Shown here piece after piece: positions 34,866 to 45,106 of a stretch of 64,000 nt of DNA. Made by a program: the position numbers and the translations under genes. The notes under the pieces were generated by a model. It did no database searches. It was not told where the DNA came from and saw only the letters and a program-made list of their open reading frames with translations. Positions within the stretch are counted from its first letter, which is position 1. Each line of letters opens with the position of its first letter. This DNA is from Candidatus Yanofskybacteria bacterium (GTDB lineage Bacteria; Patescibacteriota; Minisyncoccia; 2-02-FULL-40-12; IGHO2-01-FULL-4-A), in assembly GCA_016185545.1 (NCBI GenBank), contig JACPNJ010000001.1, positions 22,565 through 86,564 of the forward strand, read 5' to 3'.

Positions 34866-37388
34866 GTGCAATCTATCAAACCGACGAAGTCTATGGAAAT
34901 AAATTTAGCGAACAGCGAGGAGCGGGGATATCAAAATTTTACTGAAGAAAATTTTGATAATCACGAAACTTTGGTTGAAGAAGAATTGCCAGTGCGTCAA
35001 TATGCCGAGGATGTATCAACCCTGCCCGCGCAGGCAGGCGAAACTAACCCTATTTTTAGGAAAATGATACGGTGGCTGGTTTATGCCGCGGCGTTTTTGA
35101 CGCCATTATGGTTTTTGCCGTGGACGGCGGATATCACGGCATTCAACAAGCAGACGCTTTTGATTGCAGCGGCCGGGATCGGCTTAGTGATATGGCTGGT
35201 TGATGTTATCAAAAGCGGAGCCGTAAGATATAAACCAAGCAATTTATATTTGCCTGTATTTGGATTAGTTGCGGCCGGAATAATTTCGGTGATTTTTTCT
35301 GTCAGCCGGACCGCCAGTCTTTTCGGTGCCGCCGGCGACAGAAGCTGGTCTTTAATAAGCTTGATGGCGTTGGCGGTATTATTCATGCTTGCCGTCAATG
35401 TCATAGAGGACCAAGGTCGGTTCTTAAGGAAAATAATTATTGTCTCGTTAGCACTGGCATTTCTTTACGGGGCGCTTCAGATATTTGGCTTATATTTGTT
35501 CAAGGGTGAGCTATTTGCGAGCCGATCATTCAATAGCGTCGGCTCTCTTAATTCTCTTGGTATTTTAGCGGCGTTAGCGCTGGCATTTTTTACCGTGTCT
35601 GGTTCTGTGAGAACCGTGAACCAAGAATCACAGCTTGGCAGCCTGACTGCCAAATGGCAAGATTGGGTCATGGATGGAGCCAGATATGTCGGTTTGGCTT
35701 TAGCATTATTTTTTGTAATCCTTGTTAATTGGTGGCCGATTTGGACCGTGGCTTTCATTTCACTTCTAGCTTTTGTTGCTTTTGCCTCTGCTAGCAATAC
35801 CGCGCTCTTAAAAAGGGGCAGGATGAAATTATTTGCCATACCGATGGCGGTAATAGTATTAGGAATATTTTTGATGCTTATCAACTTCAACTGGGTTTCC
35901 ATAAAATCAAAATTGCCAGTAGAAATAGCGCCGGCTCAAAAAATTTCTTGGGCTATAGCTGTGGATTCATTGAAGATGCGGCCCATGGGACACGGCATGG
36001 AAAATTTTGGCATTGCCTACGACAAATTCAAGCCAGCCAGTATCGCCAATACTGTTTTTTACCAAATTAGATTTATGAATGCTGCATCCGAAATTGTAAA
36101 TATGGCCGTTGAGGGCGGCATATTAATGATTTTGGCGTTTTTGGCTCTTTTATGGTTTTACGGAAAGTCACTGGTTGCTTCGGTGAAAAACAATTTTAAT
36201 GGCATTGCCGGTTCAAGCGCTAACTGGGCAGTAAGTTTTGGATTACTGGCGGTTTTCTTTTTGTATCCTCTTAATCTCCCGCTTCTTACATTGTTTTTTA
36301 TGTTTTTGGTTTTGACGTCACTGTCCAGTTTAGAATCTGCCGAAGAAAAAATAATAAATCTGGAAAGCGATGCCAAGTATTCATTTGTCGGTTCGGTGGT
36401 ATTCATAGTGGGGTTGGTGGCGGTTTCAGTCGCCGGTTATTTTACCGTGAATAATTACTTGGCCAACGTTTATCTGGCGAAAGCCGCGCGATCGTCGGAT
36501 CGGAACAAAGCCATAGAATATTATGTTGCCAGCGCTAACACAAACGGCAAGGATGCCAGAGTTTATAGATTGCTGTCCCAAACAGTTCTGGCGGAATTAT
36601 CGGAAAACCTCAAAATCGGACCAAAGAAAGATGAAACTCGGGAAAACTACAATGCTAGAATACAAAATCAAATCGCTTCGGCGGTCAGTATTACTATTCG
36701 AGCTACCGATGCCGATCCTGCCGATTCGCAGAATTGGGCCAATCGTGGTTTGATTTATCATAATTTGATTACTTTGGTCAGCGGAGCTGATCAGGCGGCA
36801 ATAAATACTTACAACGAATCACTGGCCCGCAATCCGAACGACCCGGCGACATATTTAAGAATAGGCAATATTTACTTTACTTTAGCCGATAATCTGCAGA
36901 AATCATCTGGAACAAGGAACCAAATTGAAGATAATCTGAATAAAGCCGAAGATAATTTTAAGAAAGCTATTGCGCTTTATAGTAATTACGGCCAGGCGCT
37001 GTATAATTTGGCTGCCGTTTATGATCGGCAGGGAAAAGTACCCAACGCGATTAAACAATTTGAAAAATTGCAAGCCAACAATTTACGCAATCCGAGCTTT
37101 GCCTTTCAGTTAGGTTTGCTTTATTATCGCAATAACCAGAAAGATAATGCTCTTCGCGCTTGGCAACAGGCAGTATTGCTTTTCCCGAATTACTCCAACG
37201 CGCGCTGGTACTTGTCTTTAATTTACGAGGAAAGGGGCGAATTAGAACAAGCGCTTGGACAAGTAAGAGAAATAGAGAAATTTAATCACGATAACAAGTT
37301 GGTCCAGCAGCGGCTTACACAGTTGGAAGCAGGCAAAAGGACAATTCCGCCTGAAAAACTGCTTGATAAAGAACCGTTGAATCAATAG
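34866..37388 (+). CDS. O-antigen ligase-like (Wzy_C) polytopic membrane protein with C-terminal TPR repeats; start uncertain (GTG at 34866 or ATG at 34893)
   Basis: More than 10 TM helices with a large periplasmic loop. The C-terminal third has TPR motifs ('ALYNLAAVYDRQGKVPNAIKQFEKL', 'RWYLSLIYEERGELEQA'). Confidence 0.55.
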   Translation: MQSIKPTKSMEINLANSEERGYQNFTEENFDNHETLVEEELPVRQYAEDVSTLPAQAGETNPIFRKMIRWLVYAAAFLTPLWFLPWTADITAFNKQTLLIAAAGIGLVIWLVDVIKSGAVRYKPSNLYLPVFGLVAAGIISVIFSVSRTASLFGAAGDRSWSLISLMALAVLFMLAVNVIEDQGRFLRKIIIVSLALAFLYGALQIFGLYLFKGELFASRSFNSVGSLNSLGILAALALAFFTVSGSVRTVNQESQLGSLTAKWQDWVMDGARYVGLALALFFVILVNWWPIWTVAFISLLAFVAFASASNTALLKRGRMKLFAIPMAVIVLGIFLMLINFNWVSIKSKLPVEIAPAQKISWAIAVDSLKMRPMGHGMENFGIAYDKFKPASIANTVFYQIRFMNAASEIVNMAVEGGILMILAFLALLWFYGKSLVASVKNNFNGIAGSSANWAVSFGLLAVFFLYPLNLPLLTLFFMFLVLTSLSSLESAEEKIINLESDAKYSFVGSVVFIVGLVAVSVAGYFTVNNYLANVYLAKAARSSDRNKAIEYYVASANTNGKDARVYRLLSQTVLAELSENLKIGPKKDETRENYNARIQNQIASAVSITIRATDADPADSQNWANRGLIYHNLITLVSGADQAAINTYNESLARNPNDPATYLRIGNIYFTLADNLQKSSGTRNQIEDNLNKAEDNFKKAIALYSNYGQALYNLAAVYDRQGKVPNAIKQFEKLQANNLRNPSFAFQLGLLYYRNNQKDNALRAWQQAVLLFPNYSNARWYLSLIYEERGELEQALGQVREIEKFNHDNKLVQQRLTQLEAGKRTIPPEKLLDKEPLNQ

Positions 37389-37508
37389 TTTGGCTTAACC
37401 TCTGTCAAAAATATCAAATTCATTTCTATTTATCCGGCACAAAATCACTGGAAAATTGTTTCAATTATAATTTCGGCTTCTTTTATAGCGGGGTCTGTTT
37501 TAGTTTTC

Positions 37509-38435
37509 ATGCCGCGAAAATTTGAGGTGGATGCAGAAGGCACGGAATTCATTATAGAAAAAGGGCAATCGGTAAGTGCAACTGCCAGATTATTAGCCGG
37601 GCGTGACCTCATAATCAGCCGTTATCTTTTTGTGGCTTATACGATACTAACCGGCCACGAAAGAGATTTTAAGGCAGGCAGATATAAAATTGCTCAACCG
37701 ATCAGCATAGCTGGGTTAGTCAGCATGTTCTCGCGAGGACTTTCTGAACCCGAAGATATTATTGTAACGATTCCCGAGGGTTCAAATGTTGCCGATGTTG
37801 ACCGGATACTGGATCAAGCCGGACTAATCAATGAAGGTGATTTTTTGAATAGTGGCGCTGTTGAATTGGAGGGGTATTTATTTCCAGATACATACCACTT
37901 ACGTAATCGCCAATCACCAACCGCCAATCGCCAACTTGAGGTAGATGAAATAATTAAAAAAATGCGGGAGACTTTTGAAATAAAAACAGCCGATTTATTA
38001 AAAAGTCTCGGCAAATCAGAAAGAAACGAAGCGATTATTGTTGCTTCAATGTTGGAAAAAGAAGTCAAAACCGAACAGGATATGCGACTGGTAGCGGGAA
38101 TAATAAAAAAAAGATTGAAACAGGGAATGCCATTGGAAATTGATGCCACGGTAGCTTATGGTGTTTGCCGCCGAAGATTTTTACTTGGTGAATATTGCGA
38201 TGTTTCACTGGCTAACATTGTTGATAACATTCCGATTGATTCAGCATATAATACTTATAAAAGGAAAGGATTACCCATTGGTCCAATTTCTAACCCCGGA
38301 CTTGTGGCAATAAATGCTGCCCTAAATCCACAGTTGAGCGATTACTTTTACTATTTGAGTTCCAAAGATGGAACAACAATTTTTTCTAAAACAGCGGCGG
38401 AACACATAAAGGCGAGACAGAAATATTTGAAATAG
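37509..38435 (+). CDS. mltG: endolytic murein transglycosylase MltG (YceG-like)
   Basis: 'EGYLFPDTYHL' YceG signature. Contains the in-frame CGCCAAT heptamer array at 37909-37937. Confidence 0.75.
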   Translation: MPRKFEVDAEGTEFIIEKGQSVSATARLLAGRDLIISRYLFVAYTILTGHERDFKAGRYKIAQPISIAGLVSMFSRGLSEPEDIIVTIPEGSNVADVDRILDQAGLINEGDFLNSGAVELEGYLFPDTYHLRNRQSPTANRQLEVDEIIKKMRETFEIKTADLLKSLGKSERNEAIIVASMLEKEVKTEQDMRLVAGIIKKRLKQGMPLEIDATVAYGVCRRRFLLGEYCDVSLANIVDNIPIDSAYNTYKRKGLPIGPISNPGLVAINAALNPQLSDYFYYLSSKDGTTIFSKTAAEHIKARQKYLK

Positions 38436-38505
38436 CTGATAGGTGATAGCTGATAGGTGATAGTAAGTTTTCTATAACCTATAACCTATAACCTATAACC
38501 TAATT

Positions 38506-38832
38506 TTGTTAAATCTTTTAATTAATACTGCCCACGCAGTTGAATTGCCGACATTTGATCAACCCGATTTACCGGCTTTTATCAATTCGGTTTACAGTTT
38601 TGCTCTTATGGTTGTCGGTATTGTTGTTTTTGTCCGGTTATTATACGCTGGTTTCCGATTGCTGACTGCCGCCGGTAACGCGAGTAAAATATCAGACGCC
38701 AAAGAGAAAATTAAAAACGCAATTATCGGTACGATTTTACTTTTTGCCGCTTATTTGATACTGTACGTAATTAATCCCGACTTGGTTAAAAATACGCTTG
38801 ATTTCAGTTTATTCCGCAACTTGACGCAGTAA
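38506..38832 (+). CDS. small two-TM membrane protein (pilin/VirB2-like?)
   Basis: Leader-like N-terminus and two hydrophobic helices separated by 'AGNASKISDAKEK'. Only a shape resemblance to TrbC/VirB2-type pilins. Confidence 0.3.
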   Translation: MLNLLINTAHAVELPTFDQPDLPAFINSVYSFALMVVGIVVFVRLLYAGFRLLTAAGNASKISDAKEKIKNAIIGTILLFAAYLILYVINPDLVKNTLDFSLFRNLTQ

Positions 38833-39068
38833 TTCGGTTTTGTTACACTTGAATTGCCGTAGAAAGTGGTGCAGCCGAAGAGGCATAAGACGCCATTGAG
38901 GCATATCCAAGATACTTTGTATTTGGGTTTGTTTCTGCGGCGAAAGCCGTTTTTATTTGGATATGAATCCCGAACGAGGCCGCCTTTACTAGCAACCATG
39001 AAAGGTTACGGTGGCTATCTAAGCGGGATTGATAATGTAACTTATTAATAGGCACGGAAATGATTTGA

Positions 39069-39623
39069 ATGAGTAAATCATTTCCTGTCTCGTACGGGAT
39101 GAAAATTTTTGCGCAAAAAAAAGAAGAACTTGTTAAACTTAAGGACAAACTGGCAAAGGCCAAGATTGTTGTTTTTTCATCTTTTGCTAGAGAGGGCGAG
39201 AAGGGATTAAATGTAGGTGAAATGAGAGAGCTCAAAAGGGGGCTTAAGGCCTTTGATTCCGAATATCTGGTGGAGAAAAAAACCTTGCTTGATAAAGCGC
39301 TTACGCAATCGCCAATCGCCAATCGCCAATCGCCAATTAATGTTTTTGAATATACCGGGTCAGTGGGGGTTGCATTCGGTTATGGCGACGAACAGTCAAC
39401 TGCTAAATCAATTTATAATTTTGCAAAAAAACACCCGGCGCTCAAATATTTTGGCGCCATTCAAACCGGCAAGTTTATGGATTTAAATCAATTTACCGAG
39501 TTTGCAAAATTGCCAACTAAAGAGGTTATGATTGCAAGATTGCTAGGGATGATGAAATATCCGATTAGTGCGTTAGCAATGGTTTTGGATCAAATAGCAA
39601 AAAATAAAAATAATATAAAATAA
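39069..39623 (+). CDS. rplJ: 50S ribosomal protein L10
   Basis: '[43 protein letters not shown]' matches the L10 N-terminus. Contains the in-frame (CGCCAAT)x4 array at 39304-39334 encoding [12 protein letters not shown]. Confidence 0.8.
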   Translation: MSKSFPVSYGMKIFAQKKEELVKLKDKLAKAKIVVFSSFAREGEKGLNVGEMRELKRGLKAFDSEYLVEKKTLLDKALTQSPIANRQSPINVFEYTGSVGVAFGYGDEQSTAKSIYNFAKKHPALKYFGAIQTGKFMDLNQFTEFAKLPTKEVMIARLLGMMKYPISALAMVLDQIAKNKNNIK

Positions 39624-39715
39624 TTTGTAGCTCTCCTACGCTAAAGCTTCGGAGGAGCACTTCTTCGCTAAATGGAGAAATGCTTGCACTTAGAAGCTCC
39701 GCTAGGAGCGAAGAA

Positions 39716-40090
39716 GTGAATAAAGACGATTTTATAAAACAAGTCGAATCTATGACAGTAGTTGAGCTTAATGATCTAGTGAAAGCGCTGGAGGAAAAGT
39801 TTGGAGTATCGGCTGCGGCTATGGCCGCGCCGGCAGCCGGAGCAGCTAGCGGGGAAGAGGCCGGTCCGTCAGAAGAAAAAGATTCTTTTAATGTAATTCT
39901 TCAAAGCGCCGGTGAACAGAAAATACAGGTTATCAAAGTGATCCGTGAGATAACCGGTAAGGGTCTCAAAGAATCCAAAGATTTGGTTGATGGTGCTCCG
40001 CAAACGGTAAAAGAAGGTGTGAAGAAAGAGGAAGCTGATGAACTTAAAAAGAAATTGGAGGATGCGGGCGCGACAGTAGAACTCAAGTAA
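39716..40090 (+). CDS. rplL: 50S ribosomal protein L7/L12
   Basis: '[31 protein letters not shown]', Ala-rich hinge and C-terminal '[22 protein letters not shown]'. GTG start at 39716 with an AGGAG RBS 7 nt upstream. Confidence 0.85.
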   Translation: MNKDDFIKQVESMTVVELNDLVKALEEKFGVSAAAMAAPAAGAASGEEAGPSEEKDSFNVILQSAGEQKIQVIKVIREITGKGLKESKDLVDGAPQTVKEGVKKEEADELKKKLEDAGATVELK

Positions 40091-40120
40091 TCAAAAACCG
40101 GCCATGCGGCCGGTTTTTGA

Positions 40121-42163
40121 TTACTTGAGTGTCCAGATTTTGTTGTCCGTGGATAGAATCCAAACCGTGCCGTCGGAGGAGACGGATATATCTTGAGGTG
40201 TGCCGACAGCTTCTAGTTTATAAGTTGTTTTAAGTTCGCCTGTTGTTTTATCAAAAATATAAACTCTTTTGTTTGTCTTATCGGCCAGAAAGAGGAAAGC
40301 CGAGTCCTTGAAAGTGAAAATGCGGCTGTCTGACGCAGGAATAAGCCGCAAATCCAATTCGCCGGTTTTTTTGCCCTTAAAGTATAATATCAGTTTGCCA
40401 TTGTCCGCAAGCGCGTAAATATTGCCGTCAGCGGTTATGGATGTCAGATTACCGCTTGCATTGTCGCTGGTCCAGATTGTACGCTTCGTTCCGCCAGTTA
40501 CTGCGTCGGCATATTTATATATTGTTTTATCGGAAAGAATATAAAGATTATTTTCGTATAAGATAGCGTCTATAGCGGATACCGGTTCTTTAAGAGTGTA
40601 CTGCTCAATTTTTTTGGATTTCAAATCATAGATGCCGAAGGCGTCAGAACCGTTGAAGACGGAGGCAAATGATGATGAAGTATATAGAAATTGTGGTGTA
40701 ATCTTGAATTGGCCTAACTGTGAAACTTCATTTTGATTGACATTGAAAATTAGGCCAATAATATCGATTATGCTGATAAGACCGTCATAAGCTGACACGA
40801 AACTAACCTTGAGATTGCTGTTTTGAGCCGATATGTCCGCGAAAAGCGTTGGTTGTTTATCGCTAACGCGATCAAGGTCATCCAAAGTTTGATTTATTTG
40901 TAATTTAATATTTTCGGCTTTTTTGTCTGAAAAACTGGCTAAACTTGCCAAGGATGCCTGAAGCAGTGTCCGAGCGTCTTTAAAATTGCTTTGGTTAAGC
41001 CATGATTGCGCCAGTTTAACATTTTCGCCTGCTTGTTTTATGGTGTTCCTGTTTTCATTTGAAATTCCTCCGGTTTTCCATAAAACAAAAATTAAAACGG
41101 GAAAAATAATGATCGCGGAAACTAGAATAAAACCACGCCGGCGCGCGCGTTCTCCCAATTTGCCAGTAGAAATCAGTTTACGGAGACCTTTTATAACCGG
41201 AGTTAAAATCGTTTCTCTTTTACTTACTAAAAATTCAGCGGGTATAATACGTGATTGTTCCATTTCTGGACTTTCCGGGCCGGTTCCTTGGTCCGCGACC
41301 GTAATTTCGGGTATTTGATCAGGGACATCTTGGGGTTTGCCGCTATTCAGTCTGATTTGAGACGGTTGTTTTGTATTCTGAGACTCTAGCGGAGCTTCCG
41401 GCTCCGTTTCCTTTTCCTTGTTGTCGTTTGGTGTCCTAGTTTTAAAAGTTGATTTGGTATAAGTTGCTGATGATACGGGTATTTCTTTAACCTCATGCAT
41501 ATCTATATGAACACCGCAGCAGGAAAAATTAGTTGTATTGGTAGCCAAATGTGCTATTTTTTGGCCAAATTCTTCCTGGTTTTCCTTGATGAAAATTCCA
41601 TTAAGTTGTTTTTCCCTTGATGTCAGCGACCTTGATGGAAAGTAAGCGAATATTTTGTCTTTTGACTGAACTTTACCGGAAATAATATTTGAAAACTGCT
41701 TTTCGCCCTCGGCATCCTTACTGAATAATTCAACATTATTGAGTATGTCTATATATTTACCGTTGCGAGCCAAGGCAATTTTGAATTTACCCAAACGCGA
41801 AATGTAAATATTTTCGCCTGAAATTGCGGCCAAGCCGATATTCAGTTTAAAATTATTGTTTTGGAAAAAATCATCCAAAACCTCATTAAGCTTTTTTAGA
41901 GTGCGCTCGAAAGCGCTTTTAGCATTTTGTTCCCGTAACGATATGTCTGAATAATATTCTCTTTTTGCCAAAGACGAAATTAAACTTATCGTGTAAGAAA
42001 GATCCTCTTGAGAATATTTGATGTGGCCCAAAACAAAGAGCGAGCCAAGCATTTTTTCCTGATTCCCGGCGCCTTGATATGCTAAAACATCAAAATGAAC
42101 ATTATCCTCGCCGCTTTTGTAGATAAGCTCTTTGATAGCAGGTTTTAAAGTAATTTTTTCCAT
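40121..42163 (-). CDS. membrane-anchored hypothetical protein with C-terminal beta-propeller-like repeats
   Basis: Cytoplasmic about 330-aa N-terminal domain, one TM helix ('FILVSAIIIFPVLIFVLW') and a C-terminal region of repeated 'DG.IY.L.D.K.I' strands (PQQ/WD-like). Confidence 0.4.
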   Translation of the reverse strand: MEKITLKPAIKELIYKSGEDNVHFDVLAYQGAGNQEKMLGSLFVLGHIKYSQEDLSYTISLISSLAKREYYSDISLREQNAKSAFERTLKKLNEVLDDFFQNNNFKLNIGLAAISGENIYISRLGKFKIALARNGKYIDILNNVELFSKDAEGEKQFSNIISGKVQSKDKIFAYFPSRSLTSREKQLNGIFIKENQEEFGQKIAHLATNTTNFSCCGVHIDMHEVKEIPVSSATYTKSTFKTRTPNDNKEKETEPEAPLESQNTKQPSQIRLNSGKPQDVPDQIPEITVADQGTGPESPEMEQSRIIPAEFLVSKRETILTPVIKGLRKLISTGKLGERARRRGFILVSAIIIFPVLIFVLWKTGGISNENRNTIKQAGENVKLAQSWLNQSNFKDARTLLQASLASLASFSDKKAENIKLQINQTLDDLDRVSDKQPTLFADISAQNSNLKVSFVSAYDGLISIIDIIGLIFNVNQNEVSQLGQFKITPQFLYTSSSFASVFNGSDAFGIYDLKSKKIEQYTLKEPVSAIDAILYENNLYILSDKTIYKYADAVTGGTKRTIWTSDNASGNLTSITADGNIYALADNGKLILYFKGKKTGELDLRLIPASDSRIFTFKDSAFLFLADKTNKRVYIFDKTTGELKTTYKLEAVGTPQDISVSSDGTVWILSTDNKIWTLK

Positions 42164-42360
42164 CCCGTACGAAGTAGCTGCTACGCAGTTGTAAGTATAA
42201 GTTATATGCGCAGAAATACTATTATTATTTTCTTATCGTCCCGCTCGTTTAACCCTTTAGGGCTACTTCGTTCGGGATCCGTTCATTGACATTGCCAATC
42301 CGATTTACTAGTCTAGTAGATGTTAATATCTACTTATCATTTTAGTTTTTAATTATAAAC

Positions 42361-42558
42361 ATGTCAAAACCAAGGAGTTTTTTTGAATTATTATTCGGTT
42401 CAAAGGCGAGGGTTAAAATACTCAAGTTTTTATTTCGCAATCCAGAATCGGCATTCTGCGTTAAAGAATTAGCCGTTCGGGTACAAGAGCGTTCGGCAGT
42501 TGTAAATCAAGAGATAAAGAAGCTTTTGGAAATAGGATTACTTAAGATTAGAAAATAA
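42361..42558 (+). CDS. small winged-helix DNA-binding protein (ArsR-like)
   Basis: 'VKILKFLFRNPESAFCVKELAVRVQERSAVVNQEIKKLLEIGLL' has a wHTH pattern. Its TAA stop is followed 3 nt later by the next ATG. Confidence 0.35.
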   Translation: MSKPRSFFELLFGSKARVKILKFLFRNPESAFCVKELAVRVQERSAVVNQEIKKLLEIGLLKIRK

Positions 42559-42561
42559 AAA

Positions 42562-43152
42562 ATGGGAAAAAACAAGAAAAAAAAGAAAAAAGCCACGCCC
42601 CAAAAGGCCAAGAAGAAGAAGACAAGAAGGGCGGGGAATAGAGCAAAATCCAGACCACAAAAACGAGGCCGAACTAAGGTAACTAAAAAATCACACAATA
42701 TTAAAATACGCAAAAGTAAAAAAAATATTCGCGCCCGAATCGTTAAAATAGCAAAGAAGAGTTTTATTCCTACCTATGTTTTAAATTCCGATTTCGGTTC
42801 TTTTTTTGAGTTACGCGATCTCATATTGAAATCTTTACCGGCAGAAAAAGATACTATGATCGAAAAAATAAACAAGCTTGGTAAAGTGAAACTGGCCGTA
42901 ATATCGGGAGTTTTTATGAATAAAGAAAATCCGGACCCATATATTCCTGATCTTCTGATAGTTGGTGACGATCTTGATAAAAGAAAACTGCGCTCATTTC
43001 TGAAGGCCATTGAAGCGGAAGTCGGCAAGGAGATCAAATTCGTTATTTTAGATAAGGAGGAATTTCAATACCGTCTTGCTATGTTTGACCGCTTTATACG
43101 CGTGCTCTTGGAGGGACCTCATGAAAAATTGATAAATAAGCTGGGGATTTAG
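42562..43152 (+). CDS. hypothetical protein with extremely Lys/Arg-rich N-terminal 70 aa
   Basis: Poly-K encoded by A-runs (42562-42740). Globular C-terminal domain unassigned. Confidence 0.35.
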   Translation: MGKNKKKKKKATPQKAKKKKTRRAGNRAKSRPQKRGRTKVTKKSHNIKIRKSKKNIRARIVKIAKKSFIPTYVLNSDFGSFFELRDLILKSLPAEKDTMIEKINKLGKVKLAVISGVFMNKENPDPYIPDLLIVGDDLDKRKLRSFLKAIEAEVGKEIKFVILDKEEFQYRLAMFDRFIRVLLEGPHEKLINKLGI

Positions 43153-43153
43153 A

Positions 43154-43228
43154 GGGCTCGTAGTTCAGGGGCAGAACGTCCGATTCACATTCGGAAGGTC
43201 AGAGGTTCAAATCCTCTCGAGCCCACCA
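43154..43228 (+). tRNA. tRNA-Val (anticodon CAC)
   Basis: Acceptor GGGCTCG/CGAGCCC, anticodon stem-loop TCCGA-TTCACAT-TCGGA, T-arm AGAGG-TTCAAAT-CCTCT, CCA encoded. Confidence 0.8.
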
Positions 43229-43265
43229 AAACAAATACGCCACCTAGGTGGCGTATTTGTTTTGG
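43229..43265 (+). terminator. rho-independent terminator after tRNA-Val
   Basis: AAACAAATACGCCACC-TAGG-TGGCGTATTTGTTT followed by TGG. Confidence 0.5.
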
Positions 43266-43618
43266 TGGTGATGTTGATAACTTGTATACATTAATTTTGG
43301 CTTTGTAAATGTAATTTCGGAAAATATGTTAAAAATCGGCTAGAATAGGCGATTTTTTGTGATTGTGTCAAATATAGAATTGACGCTAAAGTTATGCACA
43401 TTGCATAGTATTGCGGTACTGGAATTGGGTGGTATATAATGAAGGTAAAGTGTAAGAAAGTGGATAATAGTGTTAATAACTAAGGCAAATCGTTGATAAA
43501 CTTTCAAAAAGAATCCGGTACTGATATATTGGTTTGGTTGAATTATCGAAATGTTTGATAAGCCCACAATATTTCCCGCCATTTACACATATTCATGTAG
43601 TGTCAAAATTTTAGCCAT

Positions 43619-44053
43619 ATGTTTATCGGAGAATACAAACATATAATTGATGCCAAAAAACGGCTTGCGATTCCGGTTAAATTCAGAAAAGAACTTGGCG
43701 ATAGGATAGTGTTAACCAGGGGATTGGACGGCTGTTTATTTATTTTCCCAATGAAAGAATGGGAGCAATTGGCTGAAAAACTCGGCAAGTTGCCGTTCGG
43801 CCAGCAAGATTCAAGAGGTTTTGCGAGATTACTGCTGGCGGGTGCTTCGGAAGTGGAATTTGATCAGCTCGGGAGAATATTAGTTCCGGATTTCTTAAAA
43901 GGTTATGCCGTATTAAAAAAGGAAGTGGTAATTGCCGGTCTTTTCAATAAATTGGAAATCTGGGATGAAACACGCTGGTCAAATTACAAAGCAAATCTTG
44001 AAAAGAACAGCGACAGGATAGCGGAGAAGTTGGGGGAGCTGGGAATAATATAA
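43619..44053 (+). CDS. mraZ: transcriptional regulator MraZ
   Basis: 'MFIGEYKHIIDAKKRLAIPVKFRKEL' with duplicated MraZ half-domains. Confidence 0.85.
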   Translation: MFIGEYKHIIDAKKRLAIPVKFRKELGDRIVLTRGLDGCLFIFPMKEWEQLAEKLGKLPFGQQDSRGFARLLLAGASEVEFDQLGRILVPDFLKGYAVLKKEVVIAGLFNKLEIWDETRWSNYKANLEKNSDRIAEKLGELGII

Positions 44054-45021
44054 TGCATAAACCGGTTCTTCTAAAAGAGATCGTAGAATGTTTAAATCCC
44101 AAACCGGGCCAGAAGTTTATTGACGCAACAATTAACGGGGGAGGGCACGCGATGGCGATATTGGAAATGATTTTGCCTGATGGAAAATTGTTGGGGATAG
44201 AATGGGATGGCGAGTTGCTAAAACAGTTAATAATTAAAAAGCAAGATTTAGGAATTAAGGACGAAAATTTAATTTTAATAAATGACAGTTATGTAAATTT
44301 AAAAAAGATTGCCGAAGAAAATGATTTTACAGATGCAAACGGAATTCTTTTTGATCTTGGAATGTCAAGTTGGCAGATCGAAGAAGCGGGGAGAGGATTT
44401 ACATTTATGAAAGACGAGCCGTTGGATATGCGCTTTGCATATCCAAACATTAACCATCAGCCATCGACTGCCAGCCCTACAACAGCAGAAGAAATTGTTA
44501 ATCGCTATTCGTATGATGAATTGGTAAAAATATTGAAGGAATACGGGGAGGAAAGATTTGCCAGATTAATCGTTGCCAATATTATCAATGCCAGAAAGCG
44601 AAAACCGATAAAAACCACCTTTGAGCTGGTAGAAATTATTAAAAAATCAGTGCCATTTTGGTATCGTTCCGACCGTCGACGATTACATTTTGCCACTAAA
44701 ACCTTTCAGGCCTTGAGGATCGCCGTAAATGACGAGCTGGAAAATTTAAAATCAGGACTCGAGCAAGGGATGGAAATTTTGAAAGTCGGCGGCAGAATCG
44801 CGGTTATATCATTTCATTCTTTGGAAGACCGCGCGGTCAAGAATTTTTTTAGAGCAAAAGCTAAAGAAAAAATCCTGAAAATAATTACCAAAAAACCAAT
44901 TAACGCCGAGCTTGCGGAAATAATCAAAAACCCGCGGGCTAGAAGCGCGAAATTAAGAATAGCCGAGAAAGAGTCCCGTACGAGACAGGTGATGCTCTCT
45001 GAGCATTACCGTATTAAATAA
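44053..45021 (+). CDS. rsmH: 16S rRNA (cytosine1402-N4)-methyltransferase
   Basis: 'HKPVLLKEIVECLNPKPGQKFIDATINGGGHA' and 'LFDLGMSS' motifs. Confidence 0.85.
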   Translation: MHKPVLLKEIVECLNPKPGQKFIDATINGGGHAMAILEMILPDGKLLGIEWDGELLKQLIIKKQDLGIKDENLILINDSYVNLKKIAEENDFTDANGILFDLGMSSWQIEEAGRGFTFMKDEPLDMRFAYPNINHQPSTASPTTAEEIVNRYSYDELVKILKEYGEERFARLIVANIINARKRKPIKTTFELVEIIKKSVPFWYRSDRRRLHFATKTFQALRIAVNDELENLKSGLEQGMEILKVGGRIAVISFHSLEDRAVKNFFRAKAKEKILKIITKKPINAELAEIIKNPRARSAKLRIAEKESRTRQVMLSEHYRIK

Positions 45022-45106
45022 ATTGTCCCGAAAAAGAAAGCTGGATTTACTTGCTTGATTCAGTTTTGAATCTAAGCTCTGGCTGTCTCGTTCGGGATTC
45101 AGATAA

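Noticed and set aside
39253-39486. 77-aa alternate-frame ORF within rplJ
   Set aside because: Out-of-frame overlap of the L10 gene, created by the CGCCAAT repeat.
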